DNA of 64,000 nucleotides, from contig CM120643.1 in assembly GCA_051362555.1 (NCBI GenBank), positions 18,046,848 through 18,110,847 on the forward strand. Reading direction: 5' to 3'. The notes beneath the pieces are model-generated. The model searched no databases, was not told the origin of the DNA, and saw only the letters and a list, made by a program, of their open reading frames with translations. Positions 41,086-51,259 of this stretch are shown one piece after another. Source of the DNA: Lingula anatina. Lineage: Eukaryota; Animalia; Brachiopoda. Every line of letters starts with the position of its first letter. Within the stretch, counting starts at the first letter, position 1. A program made the translations under genes and the position numbers.

Positions 41086-42370
41086 TACTCCCCTACCAAA
41101 AAGTGTTAACCCTTCCACAATTATGTAAATTACTACAAAACTTTTTATTTTACTATTACATGACAACTAGGCAACCGATCATTGTATGAATTAGGGATGT
41201 TAGTAGTCGAACATTGACCTACCTAACTAACCAATGAAATGCCCCCAAACCAATTATTTTTTGACATGCGGCTCCTAAGTGAGAAGAATAATTTTTTTTA
41301 TACCAATCGGTTGACATAGGAGGGAGTTTTGACCCGCCGAATTGCCAGGTTTGGTTTTCCCATGAGAACCATTCAGAGGTATAAACAACATCATTACCAA
41401 ACAGGCACATGGGTAAATTTACCTGAGTAAGGCCGACCGAAGGAATTCACACCCAGAAAAGAGAGAATGTTAATAAGCCACCTCTAAGAAAACGTTTCAT
41501 GACATTTTGGAACTTGACTGCAACATTTCACAAGAACAGGGCACACAGGTGTTTCTGTGAAGGCGTTAGCACAATCGTCGTTATTTTGGCAATGTTTCTG
41601 TTAGGAGACCAGTGATCACTGCCAGGAACCGTCTACGTCGAATCAGATGGTATACTGGAACTCTGGAATGGACACCAGGCAATAACTGGGCATTGATACT
41701 GTTTTTAAATGACGACAGAATCATTGGACGCATAAGGGTTTGGAAAACAGCTGGTAAGAAGTAGCTTTCCAATTTTCTGCCTCTGATTGACAGGACGCAC
41801 CCCACTTAAGCCATGCATGGGGTGTATTGGCCACTGTATTGCATCCAAGCACTGAAAAAAAACTTAAGGAATCCTGTTGATCACCCATTTATGTTTCAGC
41901 ATGATAATGCTACTCTACGTACAGCCAATGCAACAATAGGCTGGCTATGTACGGACCAGATCCAGACCCTCCGATTGACGGCTCAATCCCTAGATCAGAA
42001 CCTCATTAAGAATGTGTAAGATATCCTTGGAAATGGATAACTGAGAGATAACTCTGCAAACAAAAATTACCTCATACTATCTTTGCACCGTATGTGGAAA
42101 GCCATCACTGCGCAAACATTACAGAACTTTTTGACTCCAAACAGAGACGCGACAGGTGCGCCCTCCAATCCAGAAGATACTGTACAAAATACTAGAATGC
42201 GGCTTTGATTTTTTACTATGGTTATCTTATTCATTGGTTGTATAATCAGTTAATTTTTGCGAAAAAATTACTTTAAAAAGTTGAATAAAGAACGCTGTTT
42301 CATGACATAATTTTTTGTATCACTTTACGCATTGCGTTAGAGGTGACACTTTTTTTTGGTATAGGGGGTA
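41086..42370 (+). mobile_element. Decayed Tc1/mariner DNA transposon
   Basis: Imperfect TIRs (TACTCCCCTACCAAAAAGTGTTAACC ... GGTGACACTTTTTTTTGGTATAGGGGGTA) flanked by TA. Internal relic FMFQHDNATLRTANATIGWL...LTAQSLDQNLIKNV* matches the Tc1 motif FQQDNAPxH...WPxxSPDLNPIENxW, with stops and frameshifts. Confidence 0.88.
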
Positions 42371-43104
42371 TAAATTTACTTAAATTACTCTTAAAAGCAA
42401 CTTCAGTGTAACTGGTTTTTAAAATATCCCAAAGTCATATTTTCTATTGTACTCATCCTGCAAAGCTATTTTTCTTCCCCAGTTCAAAACTTTAAATCGA
42501 TAAAGCCCTTCAAATGGAAGATAATATACAGGAAGAAATGGCGGTGTTATTGACAGGCCAGTCATTTTAGAACTATATTTCTAATTAGAAATGGTTTACA
42601 ACATCGAATCCAAGTGAAGGGATTGTCGAGCAATAATTCGATTTGGAGAAAATTGCTTCTAAATGAAATTTAGAAAATAGGAAGGTAAGAAAACATTAAA
42701 CAGGAGACTGGTTTAAACCAGTTCACCCTAGGTGTGGTAATTGTGTTTTGATGGGAAGGACCAAATGGCAAAATGCATCAAATGAGTCCGAGATCCAACC
42801 GCTATTCATAAATAAACATTAATCTACTATTTTTGCCATACCCTACCCTGGTGGATAATATTTTTAATCCATTGATATGAGGGGAATTTGTTGCTGTTTT
42901 CAACTCTTTGTGAAGATTTAGATTGTATCTGAAAATGAGGATAAATTAGACACAGCACAATAGGTTCATCTAACACAATGCCATCAGGTACTAGTACCCT
43001 AAAGATAAACTCGGAGGGCGGATATTTTTCACGATGTAGTACACAAAACATCGACTGATTAGCTATTTTAGTACTTTGTAATTTGTGGTGTACTGAATTA
43101 TTAC

Positions 43105-43151
43105 AAACAAATAAACAAACAAACGAATGAATAAACAAACAAACAAACAAA

Positions 43152-43214
<63 letters not shown>

Positions 43215-43216
43215 AT
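43105..43216. repeat. (AAAC)n/(AAAT)n compound microsatellite
   Basis: Direct reading. Confidence 0.95.
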
Positions 43217-43839
43217 ACTCTGCAGACAAGCTGCACACTTCACCAAACCCATCGGGAATATTATTTGGGAAACCGCAAATGATGAATTTTAGAATTAATT
43301 TAAAAAATAAAAAGCAAGTTATCAAAAATGTTATTTATTCTCCGAGAATCAAGAGGCGGTGTATGCATCCTTAACGTGTGTTTATAACCCAACACTTCGT
43401 CGTCTCGCAAATATTGGTTGAGAGTTGCCTAAGGGAAAGAAAAAAATTGAGCCGAGCTCAGTGACAAAATGCAAAACAAAGATGATCGAACTAATAAATA
43501 AATTTATCATAATATGGATTTTGATCGATAAATTTTCAATTAACTTTGAAATAAAAAAATTATATGAAAACAATTAAACAATTGATAAAATTAGATTTTA
43601 AAAATTATCTACTTTGATATTCTACCAAAAAATAAATAAAATTAAATCTAAGGGGGCCCCAATATCTTGAATCAGGTAAGTTATGGGAAACTGTCCGGAG
43701 GAAAAGAGATCCATCATATATCATTATAATACACAGATAAAGATGATAGCAGGGTCAACCATGTTCATAAAAATAAATATATATATTCATCTGAATCTTA
43801 AGTATTGTGTAAAACTTTTATTTGTCTTTAAAGTGAAAA

Positions 43840-44423
43840 TTAAAGGGTCAGTGACCGCATCTAAAATTTGTTTTTCTGTAGAAATGACAGGGGTGGATCA
43901 AACTTATGGCGCGGGTCATCAAGGTTACCCTAGGGAAAAGGTAGGGAAAACGTGAGACACCGCCGTCGTTATGCCTCGGTGTGTTGCACTAAAATGTTGG
44001 AATGCACTAAAACGAACAGCAAAGGATCAGGGATTTATATGTTTACCTTTTTAAAGGACCCAGGTTTAAGAAAAACGTGGACGGTTGAATTGAAAAGGAA
44101 TACACGTACATCACACCGACTTTCGAAACGTTGTTCTGATTACATTGATAGGGAGGGGTGCGGGATGGAGCCTAAACTTTCGCGTCGACTGCGTATTGAA
44201 AATGAGATCTGGCTTTAAACATGCTAACTGCAATATTTAGTTTCACCAAGCAAAGTAGGCAATCCAGATAGGAAGAAATCGGCAACAAGGGGGGGGGGGG
44301 TGATACAGTAACGAAATGATAAGTGAAAAGCAGAGAAAAAATAAGTTGAAATAAATACATCGAAATGATTAATTATGGAGTCAAATTTATTTTCTTTTTA
44401 AACAGTCCACTTCTTCCCTTTAG
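43840..44423 (+). mobile_element. DNA transposon remnant with degenerate THAP domain (Kolobok-like ends)
   Basis: ATG at 43971 gives MPRCVA, then after a frameshift ECTKTNSKGSGIYMFTFLKDPGLRKTWTVELKR...SKRCSDYI, following the THAP C-x-C...FP.D...R..W...CS.HF pattern. Ends read TTAA|AGGG...CCCT|TTAG. Confidence 0.55.
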
Positions 44424-45449
44424 CGTAAAGTTTGGTTGTTTTGAAAAAGGAGCCCGACAATTCTTATCTTAACTGCACAGTTTAATGCACGCTTTAATAC
44501 GTACGACCCATTCATGTGTTTGTGCGTGCGTGGAACGACCGGAGATCGCCATTGAAGGGGTTATCAACAATCAGGTTTTTCAGATTTACCGCATGCATAG
44601 TCGCTGCCCCTGCTTCTCAGATACGACGGCCAGATAAGACATTAATTCCTAGCTTTATTAGTTTTTCCAATTTCTTAGATTTTATCCAAACATGTTTACG
44701 TGATTCAGTTCGTTGAAACATTTTCGTACATGTATAAATATACGATGATATATATAAACAGTCAGATAAAGTTTGACTTAAAATACTACATCTGCGTCCC
44801 TAAAATCTTTATTTAATTACCTGCACGTTATCATGCAGCGTGTAGATATTTGAGGCAGTTGAGATTTTTTTTTATTAATTTTGTCAATTAATTAGTTAAA
44901 TGCTGGGTTTTAATTTGATATTGATATTTGATAATCTCAGAAATTTGCGGAAATAAACTCTAATCAAACTCCACTGAGAAAATTGCTATCTTTAAATCCC
45001 CTTTTTGAGCTCTAAGTTTCTTATTTTCACCAACACCAGTCAACTGATTGACTCAAAAACTAAGGTACTATTATCGAACTCAAAAACAGCTTTACAGCTT
45101 TACAGTTATTAGATGGGTTTGGGAATGCCTTGGCGTCTAAGGAAAGTGTTAAAATTTCAAAGATATTGAAATTCTTGCTGTATAAAAGCTTATTGTGCGC
45201 ATTTAACAATTTTAAAAAAATTAACAAGAGTGAGCGCATTTTGTAAGGCAAATTTTGGAAACACATTGAATAATTTTGCACACTTCACAAAAAATAGATA
45301 AAGTAAGAATTATTAAAAAAGAGATTCCATATAATATCAAAGGGTGTTTGGAATAGACCACCACCGAACCGTATTATCATTTTCAAGGTCTTGACTGTAA
45401 TCATCGTTTTATCTTTCAATCAGAAAATACCATTGGTATACCAGAAGAA

Positions 45450-45510
45450 AAACAGGTGCGGTGGATAAGGATTTGCATATAAAAAGCACCCAACACGCTT
45501 CTCTCAGTAT
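45450..45510 (+). promoter_or_regulatory. Core promoter of protease A (E-box, TATA, Inr)
   Basis: CAGGTG at 45453-45458, TATAAAA at 45478-45484, TCAGT at 45504-45508. The block AAACAGGTGCnGTGGAT is conserved upstream of copy B. Confidence 0.6.
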
Positions 45511-45557
45511 CAATCGCCGCTTTTGCGTTAGATAGACGTGGACATAAAGAGAAAAAG

Positions 45558-48336
45558 ATGAAGAGCTTTGCCATTTTTGTGGCATGCTGTTTTTTCGCTT
45601 CAGTGCGACTGGCAGAAGGTAAAAATCCGATATTTCATTTGTTTGATTGCATTTCTTTTATTTAGTTCATGCTTGATTGTTGACCAAGGTCTTTCCACTA
45701 ATTTAAGACTGTTCCATGTGCGGTGTGGTATCACATTTTTCCAAATTCAAAGAAAACGTTTTTTCCAAAGGATGATTTTATATATTTCTTTATATTCGCG
45801 TATTCGGAATTAAGCCAATATTTCATGGTACAAACTCATTGAAGGCAGCTGAAAATGAACGTTTCCCAGCATATCTGATCAAATTCTAGGTGACATTTAA
45901 TAAATGAGTGGAATGAATGGTTTAAAAAAAGCCCAAGTGCTCACTGTAAACTGCGCAAATGGTCGTCTGCTACTGAGTCTGGCCTATGTGAATGAATGCG
46001 ACATTAGTGACACACCTCTATAGCCAAAACATCAATATATCTCTCTAAAATATGACGGCCGCATAGTGTACTAGTGGAGTGGAGTAAAGAGGGACAATAT
46101 TATAGGAAAACGAAAAAAATGTTTTATTCCACACCCCCTTAAAGTTCTTGATCTCTCGAGTTCAGCCGTTTATGTTGGATAAATTATGGGGTATGGTATG
46201 GTCAAGGTATCTCAAACATCTCATCATCATTTTTATTGGGCTAACATTTTCACCATAGTCCACAGGACTACACTGTATCTTTAACAGCAGTATATATGTA
46301 TATATCGTCTGATTTCAGCATCAACATGCGGTCGTCCAGCAATCACACCGATCTCGACCGCGGGTAAAGCTCGCCGTCGCCGCAAGGTTCTCTCTGTGGG
46401 CGACAAGGGCGACGAGGGCGACGTGTCAGTCAAAATCATCGGAGGTATAGAGGCATTACCTAACAGTTGGCCTTGGATGGCAGTCATTACAGATTCCACC
46501 GATTACCAGTACTGTGGGGGATCCCTCATCTCGGATCAGTGGGTTCTGACAGCGGCCCACTGTGTGGCACGGTAAGGCTTGTGTTCCTTTCCTTTTTGTT
46601 AATTTAAATTTCACCGTGAACCATACAAATGGCATGCCATTCATCCAAATCCTATTTCAAAAGGTAAATGATATATGGTCTTCAGGTTTAAATAAGTTTT
46701 ATGGTATCTATAATCTAAGTGAACATTTTTTTTATTCTGGTCACATTCGATGCGATAATACATAATGATTAACAGTTCGAAATCCACCAGTTTTTATTAC
46801 ATACTAAGTACTGTGAAAATATAGTACAGGAAATGTGAATAGCATAACTTAGTATCATGGGGTTTAAAAGTCACTTTAAAATGTTAATGTGTGACAGTAA
46901 AAAATATCATAACTTCAAAAATTGAATCCAGTTAGACTGGTTTTCGAATTCGAGCTGTATTTCAATCGCAAGAATAATCCCTTCAAATTTGAGACTAATA
47001 CCCGACACTTTTTTTCCTTTTATGGCGATTATACAGGAAAATGCATGATGACGGTGACACCAACGGCGACGATAACAGTAATGCAGACAACAAGACTGAT
47101 GACTAAATTTCCAGGCACATAGTGTCTGTCCGTAGAAAAGAAAGAGAAAAAATCAAACGATAATTACCCCTATATTTCTTTTTTTTTTACAGCCAGCGAG
47201 CAAGCAATGTATTCGTGCGATTGGGAGATCATAATCTCAAGAGAGATGAAAGTCCTAACTATGCTATCAAAGTCGGTGCCCAGGCTATCTTCACCCACCG
47301 ACGGTATAAAAGGAGGCAGTTGGTCAATGACGTGGCCCTAATCAAGCTGAAGAATCCTGTGACCTTCACTGACCAGATAAGTCCTGTGTGTCTGCCCACA
47401 GTGAACGAGGAGTTGGCAGATGGTCACTACTGCGAGACCACCGGCTGGGGATGGACAGGAGGTAAGGGGAAGGGAAGTAGTGGTCACTGTTGCGAGACCA
47501 CCGGATGGGGATGGACAGGAGGTAAGGGGAAGGGAAGTAGTGGTCACTGTTGCGAGACCACCGTATGGGGATGCACAAGAGAAAAGGGACGAGAAGAAGT
47601 GGTCACTGTTGCGAGACCACCGGATGGGGATGGACAGGAGGTAAGGGGAAGGGAACAAGTGGGCACTGTTGCGAGACCACCGGATGGGGATGGACAGGAG
47701 GTAAAGGGAAGGGAAGTAGTGGTCACTGTTGCGAGACCACCTGATGGGGATGGACAGGAGGTAAGAAGGAGGCAGTATTGGCCATTATTGCGAGACCACC
47801 GGATTGGGGCAAAATGCACAGGAGATAAGAAGGGAGGGTGCCTGTGCCTTATAACTGCATTCTCTCACATACATGTACGTTCAACATCAATGGTATGTGG
47901 TTTTAGTTTTAAAAAATGTTGTATGTGTCCCTAGGCTTCTACAGTGACAAGTTACGCCAGGTGAACGTCCCGTACATCACGACGTCCTCATGCAGCGCAA
48001 CCAATTACAAAAGAAGGATTAAATCATCGATGGTATGTGCTGGACCTCTGAACGGCGGAAAGGACGCATGCTACGTGAGTATAACCGGATTTTGTCAAGT
48101 ATTTTTTTTTGGGGGGGGGGGGGATCATTGTAAAGAAGTTTTTACTGCGTATTCACTTTATGCTTTGTCCTGATGGCTACATGAGACTAACACCTCGAAT
48201 GTAGCTTCCTGATTGTATAAAGTACATAATCTAAAGAACCAAATAATTTTAGTTTTATTTTGTGCCCAAAGGCGTCGATTAATTGTGTAGGAGCAATGGG
48301 GAAACGGAAAAGAAAGAGCACGCGTGCGCGGGCACA

Positions 48337-48373
<37 letters not shown>

Positions 48374-48608
48374 TCTCTCATTTCTCGGTTCATGTTTACC
48401 AACTTGTGTCAAATTTCGCTATTGTAATTTCCAGGGAGATTCTGGCGGTCCGTTGGTGTGCAAGATTGAGAGTGGAGACACAGTAACGTGGGTACAGCAC
48501 GGCATCACTAGCTGGGGGTATGGCTGTGCACAACCCAACTCCCCGGGGGTCTACAGCAAGGTCTCCTACTTGTTACCATGGATACAATCAACCATGGCTA
48601 ATAATTAA
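45558..48608 (+). CDS. Secreted trypsin-like S1A serine protease, copy A; 5 exons, 298 aa
   Basis: Exons 45558-45618, 46319-46571, 47193-47461, 47935-48074, 48435-48608 (897 nt). Signal peptide [21 protein letters not shown], propeptide with CGRP, activation site K|IIGG, triad motifs [13 protein letters not shown] and GDSGGP, Asp189 in KDACY, then SWGYGC and PGVY. Confidence 0.95.
46895..47135 (-). mobile_element. Probable HINE-like relic in intron 2 of protease A
   Basis: Intron 2 is 621 nt in copy A versus 139 nt in copy B. The extra sequence contains ATCATAACTTCAAAA...TTCGAATTCGAGCTGTAT and a degenerate (GAC)n tract. Confidence 0.4.
47421..47840 (+). repeat. ~60-bp tandem array (~7 units) of exon-3 3' end plus splice donor, protease A
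   Basis: Unit TGGTCACTGTTGCGAGACCACCGGATGGGGATGGACAGGAG|GTAAGGGGAAGGGAAGTAG. GT donors at 47462, 47522, 47641, 47701 and 47761. Confidence 0.95.
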
Positions 48609-49189
48609 CGGATACATCGGTCTAAGAGCAAAGGAGGTTCGAAACCGGAAGTACGTTAAGAAGCTTGATAATTATGGCATTTTGTTGTACACACAGAACA
48701 CTAAGATAATATGTTCACGTACTAATTACACATCTTGGCTTAATTTGTCCTAAATGAGGCTCATAAAATATAGTACAGTTGCTGACCTTACTTATGCTCC
48801 GAGTTAGCAAGGCGTTGAAAGCACGCTGTTATCTAGCTACTTACACCAAGGACGTATATGTCCTTGCTTAAACGTTCTTCCGACTTGGGAGTTCCACCCC
48901 TTTGAAGAAGCCTGTTGGTGGGCGAAGGGATGAAAATATACTGAGGTACCTTTATTAAGTACGAAGTTGTGGTTCTCCAGCGAAGAGCATGGAAGGGAGT
49001 AGAAACATTTTGTCCCCGAGTCTTTAATTTCATATAACAAAATAGAGATGGACCCAGCAATGCTGCATTACTAAAACAGTGTAGTCCGAGTAAAATGTGA
49101 AATCAATTTCTGAAAGGAACTTTGATATGATCATTGTACAGAGTGTGTGAATCAGTTCCGATGTACAAATGAAGAGGTAATAAAAGCAG

Positions 49190-49290
49190 TTAATAAAAAG
49201 TGCCGCTTTAATCTTGTGGAGCCCCGTTGTTTGTCTTTTCAATGATTAATAAATGAAACACAATTTAAGCTTTTATTTGACTAATAAATG
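49190..49290. terminator. Candidate bidirectional polyadenylation region between the convergent proteases
   Basis: AATAAA on + at 49192, 49248 and 49283; AATAAA on - (TTTATT) at 49272-49277. Confidence 0.4.
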
Positions 49291-49474
49291 AAACACATTT
49301 TTCATAAAATATAAATATCTTTCCTGGTTATATTATAAATGACCAATGCCGTTTTATAAAGAACAGTTTATAATTTAATATTTTTTTTGGTTTGTGGGGA
49401 GCGAATTTTGTACTAGCACGTGGTTCTTTGTTGTGTATGTGTAAGGCGACAAAACTGGAACAATGAAAAAGGGA

Positions 49475-49516
<42 letters not shown>

Positions 49517-49950
49517 GTGATTGAGAAACGTTTATAGCCTTCATATGATCTTTACATTATTGTTCTATTGCGAAGATTTGAACTGACAATCAAATCGTAG
49601 ATAAGATACTTACAAACAACGAGACACATTTATAATTATTATATTACATGTCTACGTATGACATCTTGAGCTGGCAGCCTTGATGCAGCTATTTCTAAAC
49701 AGTTATTTTTGAACTAGCCCTGCCCCGTAGAAGAGACCCACGAACTAAACATGAAATATCCAGTAAAGTCTCTCCCTCTTTTTCACCTTGAATTGAAAAC
49801 AGTCATTCTTTTCATAGCAAGATACCAAGATACCCTGTACTTCAGCTCCGGTGCGATTCTGCTTCCCCATTTCCAAATCTACAAATGCGTGGAAAATGAA
49901 GCGGCTGATCCGCATTGGTGTCCATGTGTATTTGTGCCCGTGCCCTAAGG

Positions 49951-50200
49951 GACCATTCCTGCAGATATTTGGATCGATCTATCTCCCTGGGGAGTCTCAC
50001 TAAATTGCTATGGACTTAACCGGCTTAAATGTCTGTCAGGCCTAGTAAAGCTGAAAGGGGATAATTATCTTTACACCCTGGCTGATTCGGTAGGCATGAC
50101 AGACATTTAAGCAGGTGAGTTGATAGCATTTTAGTGAGACTCCCCAGGGAGATAGATCGACCCAAAGGGATGGATCGATCTAGGCATGGGAACCCAGTTT
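49951..50200. mobile_element. Palindromic MITE (GATCGATC family) in the 3' region of protease B
   Basis: Arms TCGATCTATCTCCCTGGGGAGTCTCACTAAATTGCTAT / ATAGCATTTTAGTGAGACTCCCCAGGGAGATAGATCGA. Confidence 0.82.
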
Positions 50201-50237
50201 TTGAAATGCTGCTCCCACTCTTAGACCGACATATCCG

Positions 50238-50451
50238 TTAATATTTGTCCATGGTTGATTGTATCCATGGTATCAAGTAGGAGACCTTGCTGTAGACCCC
50301 CGGGGAGTTGGGTTGTGCACAGCCATACCCCCAGCTAGTGATGCCGTGCTGTATCCACGTTACTGTGTCTCCGCTTTCAATCTTGCACACCAACGGTCCA
50401 CCGGAATCTCCCTGGAAATTACAATAGCGAAATTTGACACAAGTCGGTAAA

Positions 50452-50504
<53 letters not shown>

Positions 50505-51226
50505 GCTTGTACAACGATATGTCGACGTATACCCGAAAACATGCATGTCCGTTGGACTTCTTTGGACACAAAAGAAAATTAATATTAGTTTGCTTGTTGA
50601 ATTACATACTTTATACAACCAGGAAACTAGACGGAAAACAGTTACGGTGTATGTCAGACTCTTAAAACACAGACAAAGTTGCCCTGTAAATTGGCAGAAA
50701 TGGTCTATTTTTAAGCATCAAAATATGGATTTCTCATGTGAATCTGGGCGAAATCCGGTCACTTACGTAGCATGCGTCCTTTCCTCCTTCCAGCGGTCCA
50801 GCACATACCATTGACGATTCAATTTCTTTTCCGTAATTGGTTTTTTTGCATGAGGACGTGGTGATGTACGGGACGTTCACCTGGCGTAACTTGTTACTGT
50901 AGAAGCCTAGAAACACGAGAGAATTTTTAATCTAAAACCATATTTTTATTATAGTTAAACGTATGTAAGTGAATGCACAGCCATAACTGTATACAGTGAC
51001 GAGAAGGATGAAAAAAGAACAGAATAAATACACAATATATACATTACAATGTTCACTGCATTAATAACTGAATGTGGGGTATACACTGTATGACTAAAAA
51101 GAAAAAAAAAGATTAAATTAATTCATGTTCACAATGCCAAATATCATAATATCAATTTTATAAATCTATGATATTCACGGAACTGTGTAGTGAATGTCTT
51201 TGGCTGCCAAAGAACAGGGTTCAATG

Positions 51227-51259
<33 letters not shown>

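Noticed and set aside
47421-47840. CRISPR-like appearance of the 60-bp periodic array
   Set aside because: The 'spacers' are near-identical to each other, the repeat is a copy of a protease exon end, the context is eukaryotic and there are no cas genes.
47215-47934. 239-aa ORF as a stand-alone protein
   Set aside because: It is exon 3 of protease A reading through into the repeat-filled intron.
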